Below, one piece after another: positions 17,766 through 26,034 of a DNA stretch of 64,000 nucleotides (positions within the stretch are counted from its first letter, which is position 1; each line of letters opens with the position of its first letter). A program made the translations under genes and the position numbers. This DNA comes from a virus, in the IMG/VR virus record IMGVR_UViG_3300023251_000001, positions 7,606-71,605 of that record; one strand, given 5' to 3'. The notes beneath the pieces are model-generated. The model made no database searches, was not told the DNA's origin, and worked only from the letters and a program-made list of their open reading frames with translations.

Positions 17766-19937
17766 CTAAACGTATTCAACGTATGCCCCATCAGGCTTAA
17801 AGAACAGCACGTTCCCGGTGACAGCTTCTCCGATAATCCTGACAACAACATCTGTTGCCTTGGTAGGTATCGTTGATGTTGCGTCCCCAGCAGTTTCGCT
17901 AACGAATACAGGCGCACCAATTGTGAACGTCGGGAAAGCAGTATCTGCTCTAACTTTTCCATACGTTAGCATCGTAGTTGCTTCGGCATCTCCAGTTGCC
18001 GCTAAGACACAAATACCTAGCCTTCCTTTCGAAGTTGCAACTACAGTGGCATCAGCAAGTTCCCATCTGCTATCAGCGACTGCAAAATAGCACAAGTCTC
18101 CAAAGGCAAGCGTAGCGCCAGCCGTTCCCGTTTCAGTAATTCCAGAGTATTTACCGTCGGCGCTTAGGGCTGGGTCTAGTTGTATAGATGTATTCTCAGG
18201 CAACGCAGCACCTAACAATGCTGTAATTGCCTCAGCTACTGTCAAACCTTCTAATCCCGCTGCTGTGAATCTAGCAAACTCATCGTCATTCGGAGAGCCA
18301 TCAATAGTTACAATATGGTTATCTGTAATCGCATGAATAATTGCATGAATATGGTCAGCCCTTGCCAGTGAACTAGAAGTGCCAACACCAGCGGCAACAA
18401 CAGCAGATATTTCTGCAGCAGCAGCTGTGTCTAGTGCGTCTCCTCCGTCTTCTGGGTCGTGAGAATCTTTATGCGCTTGTGGTGCGTTATCTCCTGTTAC
18501 ATCCGCTCCGTCAGCGACCCCTATCAATGTTCTAACTTCAGTAGCAGTAAGAGCATCAATTGTGCCAGCTGTTATTCGCCCTACAAGCGTTTGCTCTGGT
18601 ACAGTTAGCGCAATTGGCGTATCGTCAGACGTAGCCATTATTAGCGTGTACGCATCCCACAGTGACTTCAATGTGTACTGAGTGTGGTCGTCTCCTTCTG
18701 TTAGCCCCGAAAGGCTGCTATGAGAAGAAGCGCCGCTACCAACAAATTCAGTATCTGTTGACATTTGGACAGCATCGAATGCATCCGTTTCTCCTTCTTG
18801 GAGAATGATCTTACCAATAAGGATTCCGAAGTCTGAAATAAGTGGTGGTAAGTCACCTGGAGGATTGGCAAGGTTCGCTTCAGCTAGAGAGTAAGAATCT
18901 CTGCCATAAACAATGTAGACATGCTCGTCGTCCGGATGAAGATAAACCCAATGGACTCCATAAGCTTTGTTGGCTAAGTCTCCGCCTGGGTGGCCCGTAC
19001 CATCAGTGTTATCATCATAGTACAAATTACTGATTACAGTAGAATCGGCTGTGTATTGCCACACATCAGAAATTCTCCAGCAATAAGTAAACTTACCCAC
19101 TGATGAATCATAAGCGCCAGCTGAAAATGGTGTATGCCTTTCGATTCCTACATAGGCTACGCCAGCAGCCATTGTTAATTCATTTGTAGCTTGCCATGCA
19201 ATAGTACAACCTGAAGCAAGAATGAGTTTGTTGATATCTCGGTTACGTCGAGACAGCTTTAATGCAGCATTCTGGAATCTGAATCCACCGTTATTAAAGT
19301 GGACGTTGTCAGATGCATCTTTTCTCACATTGCCAAGTTGAATCTGTCTATTGTCCCCGGCATAGGTTACAGCTAAAGAAACAGTTGGAGTAGAATCTCC
19401 ATCGTAGGACAAGACAACGAAGTACGTTGTATCAGCAGCTGTTATTGCTTGGTTGTCCTGTTCTGTAATACTATTCAAATGAAGAGGCGATGTAGGATCA
19501 AGTTCTGTATCCCGGAACGCTAGTGTGCCAGCTGATATTTTGTATGTTCCTGCGTTAGTACCTTCGGATATCTCACATCCGGTAATAACCATTGGGCTTA
19601 GTCCGTAGTCTTGGAAGTTTCTTGTGTCTTGCAGATCTTCGGCAACGGCTGATCGTTTAACAGTTGTAAGCGCAGGCCATTCTTTCTCCGTGTCTGCTGA
19701 ACTGACAACAACGCCTAACGTACAGGCAATAACGCCGGTGAGTGTGTTGGTTGTAATTCCAGTGTATTCTACAAGCGCGAAGCTTTCCCTTCCGCCAATT
19801 CTTGCGTACCCGCCACCGGAATCGAAGTCCGCTGCACTAGTAAGGACGACATCTGATTGTTCAGACTGGTCCTGTCTGGTCCAAGCGCTAGCCAATGTTG
19901 ACTGCACCTCATTTGTAATTGCGTAAGGTTTGGGCAT
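17766..19937 (-). CDS. tail-fibre-like virion protein
   Basis: H..LSGL..DDHTQY, ARADH.H, C-terminal AGATLAFGDLCY...GAPVFVSETAG modules. Confidence 0.6.
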   Translation of the reverse strand: MPKPYAITNEVQSTLASAWTRQDQSEQSDVVLTSAADFDSGGGYARIGGRESFALVEYTGITTNTLTGVIACTLGVVVSSADTEKEWPALTTVKRSAVAEDLQDTRNFQDYGLSPMVITGCEISEGTNAGTYKISAGTLAFRDTELDPTSPLHLNSITEQDNQAITAADTTYFVVLSYDGDSTPTVSLAVTYAGDNRQIQLGNVRKDASDNVHFNNGGFRFQNAALKLSRRNRDINKLILASGCTIAWQATNELTMAAGVAYVGIERHTPFSAGAYDSSVGKFTYCWRISDVWQYTADSTVISNLYYDDNTDGTGHPGGDLANKAYGVHWVYLHPDDEHVYIVYGRDSYSLAEANLANPPGDLPPLISDFGILIGKIILQEGETDAFDAVQMSTDTEFVGSGASSHSSLSGLTEGDDHTQYTLKSLWDAYTLIMATSDDTPIALTVPEQTLVGRITAGTIDALTATEVRTLIGVADGADVTGDNAPQAHKDSHDPEDGGDALDTAAAAEISAVVAAGVGTSSSLARADHIHAIIHAITDNHIVTIDGSPNDDEFARFTAAGLEGLTVAEAITALLGAALPENTSIQLDPALSADGKYSGITETGTAGATLAFGDLCYFAVADSRWELADATVVATSKGRLGICVLAATGDAEATTMLTYGKVRADTAFPTFTIGAPVFVSETAGDATSTIPTKATDVVVRIIGEAVTGNVLFFKPDGAYVEYV

Positions 19938-19978
19938 CTAACTACTCCTCTTAAATTATAATATAGCATAAATCGATG

Positions 19979-20050
19979 AGACGGCGGTGGGAGTTGAACC
20001 CACCTAGTGAAGTTTTGCAGACTACAGCATGGCCGATATGCTACGCCGTC
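19979..20050 (-). tRNA. tRNA-Cys(GCA)
   Basis: Cloverleaf; loop CT-GCA-AA; U73. Confidence 0.85.
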
Positions 20051-20056
20051 TTATTG

Positions 20057-20683
20057 TTACTTAAGCGCAATCTGGTATGAATGTACCGGCATGCGCTTGT
20101 CTCTAATGAATTTCCTGTGCTTCTTCAGCATCTTGTTTCTCTTGTATTCTCTCAGATGGTCCACCATCATTACTCCATCAAGATGGTCAATCTCATGTTG
20201 TGCGATATGGGCAATCATTCCAGACCATTCGTAACGCACTTCTCTCATATCTGCGTCAAGGCCTTCCACGACAACCCTGTCAGATCTTTCGACGTCCTCA
20301 GTCGCTCCTAGGATACTCATACACCCTTCGGCTATAGAGGATTCTTCCTGAGAAAATTCAACTATCTTCGGGTTAATGATCGGGATTATCTCTGCAATCG
20401 TGTTAACGATAATGATTCTTACGTTACGCCCTAACTGTGTCGCAGCAATTCCTAGGGCGGGGAATGAGGCTACTGCCTTCATCATGTCATCGATTAAGAT
20501 GTCATCGAAAGGACTAAGCTCGGTAACTTCATTCGCAACCTCGCGCAGTTTTGGGTGGCCGTAATTCAGAATCTTTACAAGCTTGGGTTTTTCAACATCT
20601 CCAAACGTTTTTCCGGTTTTAGGTTTAGGCGTAACGCATAAACCACTTCCCAAAGCGGTTGGTTGGTTCTTTTCCTCGTCCAT
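20057..20683 (-). CDS. def: peptide deformylase
   Basis: ALGIAATQ, EGCMS and QHEIDH motifs; start at MDEEKNQ (upstream extension overlaps a tRNA). Confidence 0.93.
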   Translation of the reverse strand: MDEEKNQPTALGSGLCVTPKPKTGKTFGDVEKPKLVKILNYGHPKLREVANEVTELSPFDDILIDDMMKAVASFPALGIAATQLGRNVRIIIVNTIAEIIPIINPKIVEFSQEESSIAEGCMSILGATEDVERSDRVVVEGLDADMREVRYEWSGMIAHIAQHEIDHLDGVMMVDHLREYKRNKMLKKHRKFIRDKRMPVHSYQIALK

Positions 20684-20699
20684 ATATCTCCCCTTTCTG

Positions 20700-20771
20700 A
20701 GTCCTCGACAGGATTTGAACCTGCATTGGCCGGTGTCGAAAACCGGTGCATCTCCATTCTGCCACAAGGAC
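20700..20771 (-). tRNA. tRNA-Arg(TCG)
   Basis: Stem CCGGT/ACCGG, loop TT-TCG-AC; T-loop TTCAAAT. Confidence 0.8.
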
Positions 20772-20778
20772 ATATTTA

Positions 20779-21447
20779 TTATCCTAAATTTTCTACTTCG
20801 ACCTTCTCGGCTGACGTATCTTCATCATGCACTTCGCTAAGGTGGAAACCCTTCTGATACCACTCAACGAAGGCATGACCTGCTAGCGCATTCCACATAA
20901 CATGATTAGACTTATGGACATCGTTCCTTGCCTCAGCAATATCCATTGCGATGTGATTCATCACAGAGATGTTGTAAATCGCATCGAACTTAGCCATGAT
21001 GTCTAGCGCATTGTAATTCTGTTTTCCTACAACGACGATTGAAGATTTGCTGATCCACGTTGCTGTCTCAGCCATAAACGTCATGAAATGTTCAGACTTA
21101 ACCGCTACTGTTGTCGAATAAAGTTTCGTGTTAGGGAAGTCTTTGTTATGGCATCCGTCCTGAAGCCAGCCGATAAAAGTATACGTGAAGATCTTAATCA
21201 AATCTCTCTCTCGACCGAAGATCTTCAACCGACCGCAATATTTAGAAACTGTTGCTGGAAGCCAAGCAGGTGCCATTCCAGTTAATACATCGGTCCATTC
21301 AGAGTTATCATCAAATGCATATTTCGTTCCGCCATGCTCAAATTGTTTCTTGATGACGTCTTCGAAATCATACCAAGCCTCTTTCCAGTCTACTGTTCCG
21401 AGGCATTCAATTCCTTCTCGGTTGTTAGCCCCATTTTCAATTCCCAT
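20779..21447 (-). CDS. hypothetical protein (possible nucleotide-modification/hydrolase-associated)
   Basis: QFEHGGTKY...KY..R motif; family not confidently identified. Confidence 0.4.
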   Translation of the reverse strand: MGIENGANNREGIECLGTVDWKEAWYDFEDVIKKQFEHGGTKYAFDDNSEWTDVLTGMAPAWLPATVSKYCGRLKIFGRERDLIKIFTYTFIGWLQDGCHNKDFPNTKLYSTTVAVKSEHFMTFMAETATWISKSSIVVVGKQNYNALDIMAKFDAIYNISVMNHIAMDIAEARNDVHKSNHVMWNALAGHAFVEWYQKGFHLSEVHDEDTSAEKVEVENLG

Positions 21448-21640
21448 TCTCTTCCCACCCTTTCTAAATGTTCTTCCAGAATTGGATAATCTCCCTCAGC
21501 AAAATAATCGAACTGTTTCATAAGTTCTTGCACTACACTTATTTCTGATATAGTAAGATTCCTAAAAGGCACAAGTCCATTGAACGTATCAATTATTACT
21601 TTCGCCTGCTTTAAGATTAGAATCATATTCCCTCCTTCCC

Positions 21641-21715
21641 TGGAGCCAGTGGTCGGAATCGGACCAACACAAAGTCGTTTACAGGACGACCGCACTGCCA
21701 TTATGCTACACTGGC
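21641..21715 (-). tRNA. tRNA-Thr(TGT) with C33 and TCC T-loop
   Basis: GCCAGTG/CACTGGC-T-CCA; loop CC-TGT-AA. Confidence 0.8.
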
Positions 21716-21719
21716 ATGT

Positions 21720-21788
21720 TGCAGGAGACGGGAGTTAAACCCGCATCCGGTCAATACAATTCGACCTCTCTATTTGAGCTACTCCTGC
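21720..21788 (-). ncRNA. degenerate tRNA-like RNA (short D-arm, abnormal anticodon loop)
   Basis: GCAGGAG/CTCCTGC acceptor, T-arm GCGGG-TTTAACT-CCCGT, GGTCG/TGACC stem with 8-nt loop. Confidence 0.6.
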
Positions 21789-21930
21789 ATTTGTAATTCT
21801 TTAGCTTTGCTCGCGCTACAACCACAGACTAGCCATGAATAACCATCGAGTACTTCTTGCGACATCTCAATGCCATCTCTCTCAATGGTCTCTAACAGTC
21901 TTTCTACACATCTAAGTTTGTCTTCCATTG

Positions 21931-22003
21931 GGTCCTCGGTCAGACTTGAACTGACATCAACAGATTCAGAAAATCTGCGCCTTATCCATTAGGCTACAAG
22001 GAC
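21931..22003 (-). tRNA. tRNA-Arg(TCT)
   Basis: CAGAT-TT-TCT-GA-ATCTG; GGATAAGGC D-loop with A20. Confidence 0.85.
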
Positions 22004-22349
22004 AGTTGTCGCTCTCTCACGACAGTCGCGCACTCATTTGGCGGTGTACGTTTAGCCATAATTTAATTAAGCTTGAGGAACTCTCGCGAGTATCCAGTAA
22101 GCTCAAGTTCAGAGTCATCAAGTGTGGCATGAATATCATGATGTTTCCCTGAGCTGCCATAACATCGGATTCTGCCATTACACACAGAATCAACAACGCC
22201 TCTCATTCCGTCGCCACACATGCTAGGTCCGTATTCATCAATATCATCTTGATCTGCAACTACTAGAACTTTATCCCCAACGAACAAACGTTTCCCGATA
22301 CGATCAAAAACCTTGCAAACCTTGTCATTCATATTCCCTCCTCGGAATC

Positions 22350-22424
22350 TGGTTACGGGGACTGGATTCGAACCAGCATATAGATGCTTATGAGACACCC
22401 CAGTTACCAATACTGTACCCCGTT
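22350..22424 (-). tRNA. tRNA-Met/CAT (1:72 mismatch)
   Basis: Loop CT-CAT-AA; ACCA end. Confidence 0.8.
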
Positions 22425-22965
22425 GTATGTTTCTAAACCTCGCTAATCCTTACCCGATATTTCTTTCCTGGCTTCAACATTCTTGATAGATGAGTAGGGT
22501 TAGATACACCATCGCCAATAGCAACAATTTGCTTGCCAATATATACAGTAGGTGCATAGATTCCTTCCTCCTCGTAATATCCAGGTCCTTCTGTCATAAA
22601 TCCCGTTACTTCGTGGATTACATTTTCCATCCGCCGACCTCCACCAAATTATTTGCAATGTAGCCGACATTGCCACATTGCGCTACGCCGTTCAAAATTT
22701 TCCGTGACTGTTGGGCCTATTCATATATAGGCACCCGAATCAACAGGTGTATGCAAACAACCACGCTCCGCACATACCGCAGAATCTGTAGGCCACCAAT
22801 ACCCGTCGTCAACCCCGTGGGTTTCATAGACGCTCCACTCTCGGTGGCAACTAATGGAGTAGGTTTTCTTACATAATTTTGCAAGATTGTTGCCCGTTCC
22901 TTAAATGAACGAGACGCAGCAAGAGGCGCATATGCAAACAATCAAGATCCGTGCATATCACGGGC

Positions 22966-23041
22966 TGGCGGTCAAGACGAGATTCGAACTCGCATAGCAT
23001 CGGTAGACAGCCGACTGAGATAACCATTCCTCTACATGACC
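22966..23041 (-). tRNA. tRNA-Asp(GTC)
   Basis: Loop CT-GTC-TA; G73-CCA. Confidence 0.85.
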
Positions 23042-23110
23042 GTGAAGCCCAGTAACTTTTACTCCACCTTTCGGTTCGTGCTATTCGCTGGGCAAGCCGA
23101 ATAGAAGTTT

Positions 23111-23188
23111 TGGCGACAACGGTTGGACTCGAACCAACATAAATCCTTGTTAACGGCAAGGGCATGGGCCTATTCATGTTACGTTGTC
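23111..23188 (-). tRNA. tRNA-Asn(GTT) with C33
   Basis: CCTTG-CC-GTT-AA-CAAGG; G73-CCA. Confidence 0.8.
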
Positions 23189-23294
23189 ATAAGTTGCGGC
23201 TTACTCTGAATCCGCTAAAGTCAAGCCTATAGTAGGCAGCACGGCTTTCTGCTGTAACCTCGTAAGGTTAATCGTGGCCTAGGACCACAATCTG

Positions 23295-23356
23295 AGGCAA
23301 GAGGCTGGAATCGAACCAGCGCATGAAAAACGCTCTACCACTGAGATACTCTTGCC
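23295..23356 (-). ncRNA. anticodon-less tRNA-like RNA
   Basis: GGCAAGAG/CTCTTGCC acceptor, D-arm CTC-AGTGGTA-GAG, T-arm GCTGG-TTCGATT-CCAGC, only 12 nt between D and T arms. Confidence 0.7.
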
Positions 23357-23386
23357 AATCCGCATTATTGGTTTCCCTCATGCAGC

Positions 23387-23460
23387 TGGGGCATCAGCGA
23401 GAATTGAACTCGCGTCACTGACGTGAAAAGACAGCATCCTGACCACTAGACGATGATGCC
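23387..23460 (-). tRNA. tRNA-Glu(TTC)
   Basis: TCGTCTAGTGGTCAGGA D-arm; loop TT-TTC-AC. Confidence 0.85.
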
Positions 23461-23558
23461 ATGTTGGGCCTAGTTTAAGTCCAGACCCAAGACTGGAGCA
23501 TCGTCATGAAAGAAGGAGCAATCATGAAAAACAAGTCTGTTACGACATCTCAAAAAAC

Positions 23559-23613
23559 ATTATACCACAAAACATGTCATCCGTCAAGTCATTTGAGCGG
23601 GACATTCGTCACC
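23559..23613 (-). promoter_or_regulatory. promoter for tRNA cluster plus upstream GACATTCGTCACC box
   Basis: TTGACG-17bp-TATAAT; box lies 13 bp upstream of -35. Confidence 0.8.
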
Positions 23614-24126
23614 TGAGTAATTTTACGAGTTGTATTGAGTACTTTATATCAGTTCTTCTCTTATGTCAAACAATTCCTGGAACTGTTCTATCTCAGGTAT
23701 CACAAACTGGCCGAGAACGATTGAGTTTTTCTCATCCCTAATGTAAGTATCGTATCGTTTAGCCCTGCCTTCGAAACCAGATGGCATCGTGATAAGAACC
23801 TTTTTATTATCGCTTACCCCTCTGACTACACCACGTTGCATTCCGCACGTTTTATAGCTGCTATTGATAGCTTTGACTTCATTGCACGCGAAGACAACAA
23901 TATCGCCAATGCTAAAATTCCTTCCCACCATATCAACTGGATTCATCGATTTCCTTTACAAACTTCCTGTATGATTTACGTAATCGTTTTCTGTACCCTC
24001 GTTTAATCTTCTTCCTCTCTCCTGGTTGCCAGAAACAATATCTCTTCCATCCAGTCAACGCATCATATTCGTCCCCGGATTTTAGTGGTATCCTAGCTTC
24101 TTTCATAGCAACCTTCTACTCCTAAA

Positions 24127-24447
24127 TCATCGATTATCGCCAGAACCTTTAATAACTCCTCTCGCCCTGCGGTCAAACAGTTTCTCGATGTTCTCTCTGG
24201 CAACATCTTCAAGCGAGACCCCTAAGTCTGAAGCGATTGCGGCTAGGTACCACAGAACGTCTCCTAGTTCATCTGGGACGCCACTGAAGTCTGCTCCTGG
24301 ATCGCCGCGCATCACTTTCTTCACCTTATTCGCTATCTCACCACTTTCTCCCGATAATCCCAAGGTAGGATAGAACACAGCTTGAGACTCAGGATAAGAA
24401 ACTGTTTCTGTAGCAAGTTTTTGATATTCTTCAAACGTAAAATCCAT
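24127..24447 (-). CDS. MazG-like NTP pyrophosphohydrolase
   Basis: LGLSGESGEIANKVKK...DELGDVLWY...NIEKL..R. Confidence 0.9.
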   Translation of the reverse strand: MDFTFEEYQKLATETVSYPESQAVFYPTLGLSGESGEIANKVKKVMRGDPGADFSGVPDELGDVLWYLAAIASDLGVSLEDVARENIEKLFDRRARGVIKGSGDNR

Positions 24448-24760
24448 TTCACTCCCTTGTTTTCATCAACTGCTTTCCCGATTCTTTCGTAGAAATCAAC
24501 AGGCACCAGTGTATAATTTAGCGACCTAACACACATAGCAACTTCAAATTCGACCCACTCTCTACGCATGATAGCAGAATGTTTTTCTTCAGACGGCTTA
24601 TGATACCACTCGTCAGAAATATCAATAATCGCTTTTTCAATTACTTCGCTTGTCTTCATTAGGCCTCCAGATAGAAAAAGCACCGACTTTCCCAAGATGA
24701 ATTCATCGGCATTCGCGACTGCCTCATGTCTGTCAGGTTCTCAGTATTCATCGGTGCCTC

Positions 24761-24834
24761 TGGTTGGCGAGCTAGGAATCGAACCTAGTCAAGCAGAATA
24801 TCAGTCTGCCACGCAGCCTTTACATCACTCGCCA
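24761..24834 (-). tRNA. tRNA-Ile(GAT)
   Basis: GCAGA-CT-GAT-AT-TCTGC; A73-CCA. Confidence 0.85.
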
Positions 24835-24837
24835 ATG

Positions 24838-24908
24838 TGGGGCTGACCGGAATCGAACCGACTCAGAAAGCTTAAAAGGCTCATATGCAGCCACTACATC
24901 ACAACCCC
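24838..24908 (-). tRNA. tRNA-Lys(TTT)
   Basis: Loop CT-TTT-AA; GGGGTTG/CAGCCCC. Confidence 0.8.
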
Positions 24909-24921
24909 ATTTTTATCTTTT

Positions 24922-25182
24922 CTACTGCTTGTTTTTCCCGTAACTGAATCCGGCAAGATCTGCCATTAACATTGCCGCAAGCAGCTTGTCTTCTTCATCG
25001 AAGAAATCAAGGATTTCTACATATTCGTCGTCAGGTAGATCGTAAACCATATCACCATCATTCATCATCGTAACAATCTTTGCAGAGGCAGCCACTCTGT
25101 CGAGTACATCAACAAACTGTTCTTCATCAATATCTTTTCCTGAAATCTTTTCTGCTAACAGATGTGTCTTAGATTTACTCAT
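24922..25182 (-). CDS. small acidic helical protein
   Basis: Start MSKSKTH with GGGAGG SD. Confidence 0.6.
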   Translation of the reverse strand: MSKSKTHLLAEKISGKDIDEEQFVDVLDRVAASAKIVTMMNDGDMVYDLPDDEYVEILDFFDEEDKLLAAMLMADLAGFSYGKNKQ

Positions 25183-25203
25183 ACTTCCTCCCTTTAACTC
25201 TAA

Positions 25204-25277
25204 TTGATCCGGCTGGCTTCGAACCAGCATCATCTTGCTTATGAGACAAGTGCCTTGACCAGTTAGACCACGGATCG
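25204..25277 (-). tRNA. tRNA-Met(CAT), initiator-like C1.A72
   Basis: CGATCCG/CGGATCA; loop CT-CAT-AA; lacks the three G:C anticodon-stem pairs. Confidence 0.8.
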
Positions 25278-25284
25278 TTGTATT

Positions 25285-25551
25285 TTACTCTTCGAATGCA
25301 GACGTATAACCCTCTGCCTCAGCCAACATAAGAGCCATTAGCACAATGTCTTCGCCATCTTCCAGTGCGTCAAGCAACGCCTCGGTATTAACTACCTCTG
25401 GAGAGTCATAACCAACCATAGCCTTTGTTATGACGCGAGTCATTCTTATGGCAATACGAGTCACGTCTTCTAATGTAAATGTAGACAACGGACTTTTGAT
25501 TGCCTTGTACATCGGCATCATGTGTTCTACAACTGCTTCTGCTTTATTCAT
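25285..25551 (-). CDS. small acidic helical protein
   Basis: GGAGGG SD; C-terminus resembles that of 24922 ORF. Confidence 0.6.
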   Translation of the reverse strand: MNKAEAVVEHMMPMYKAIKSPLSTFTLEDVTRIAIRMTRVITKAMVGYDSPEVVNTEALLDALEDGEDIVLMALMLAEAEGYTSAFEE

Positions 25552-25568
25552 ACTGTCCCTCCTTAGAA

Positions 25569-25904
25569 CTATAAATCGTACTCATCAATCATATCAGAAA
25601 GGTTCTCACTTGTCAAGGCCTCTGCAATTTCTGGAGGCAGCTCTTCAAAAATTTCGTCATATCCTTCAGTGAATCCGATGTACTTGATAATCATGAAACA
25701 AACAGCCGGTAAGTGTTTCTGATACTTCAGAACGTATTTATTGAAACATTCGATCCATTCTTCTTCAGTGCTGTTATTAGCAGCTAACTCAATGAATTCT
25801 GGAATGAAGTCGTCTATCATCTGATCAAGTTCATCTTCTGGCGGCATCAATATGTTGAGAACTTTTTTTATCGCTTCATTCGCTTCTGTTGTAGTCTCGC
25901 TCAT
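25569..25904 (-). CDS. small acidic protein
   Basis: Start MSETTTE (upstream extension overlaps tRNA-His). Confidence 0.6.
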   Translation of the reverse strand: MSETTTEANEAIKKVLNILMPPEDELDQMIDDFIPEFIELAANNSTEEEWIECFNKYVLKYQKHLPAVCFMIIKYIGFTEGYDEIFEELPPEIAEALTSENLSDMIDEYDL

Positions 25905-25917
25905 TTCATCACCCCTG

Positions 25918-25991
25918 GTTATGGGACGAGATTCGAACTCGCATTGAGCCAGGACCACAACCTGGTGCCTTGCCAATCGGCCACCCACAAC
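25918..25991 (-). tRNA. tRNA-His(GTG)
   Basis: CCAGG-TT-GTG-GT-CCTGG; encoded G-1:C73. Confidence 0.88.
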
Positions 25992-26034
25992 ATGTATATA
26001 AAGTTGGTGGCAGGTCGCAACCCGCCACCTAATT

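Noticed and set aside
20684-20773. N-terminal extensions of ORF-track genes (def, 24922, 25569, 27829, Ro60)
   Set aside because: Extensions overlap tRNAs, promoters or hairpins; downstream ATGs have clear SD sequences.
21-20840. Numerous plus-strand ORFs in the ORF track
   Set aside because: Antisense shadows of well-supported minus-strand genes; no SD or recognisable motifs.
22717-23177. ORFs 22717..22941 and 22869..23177
   Set aside because: They overlap tRNA-Asp, tRNA-Asn and structured RNA motifs; protein sequences are uninformative.
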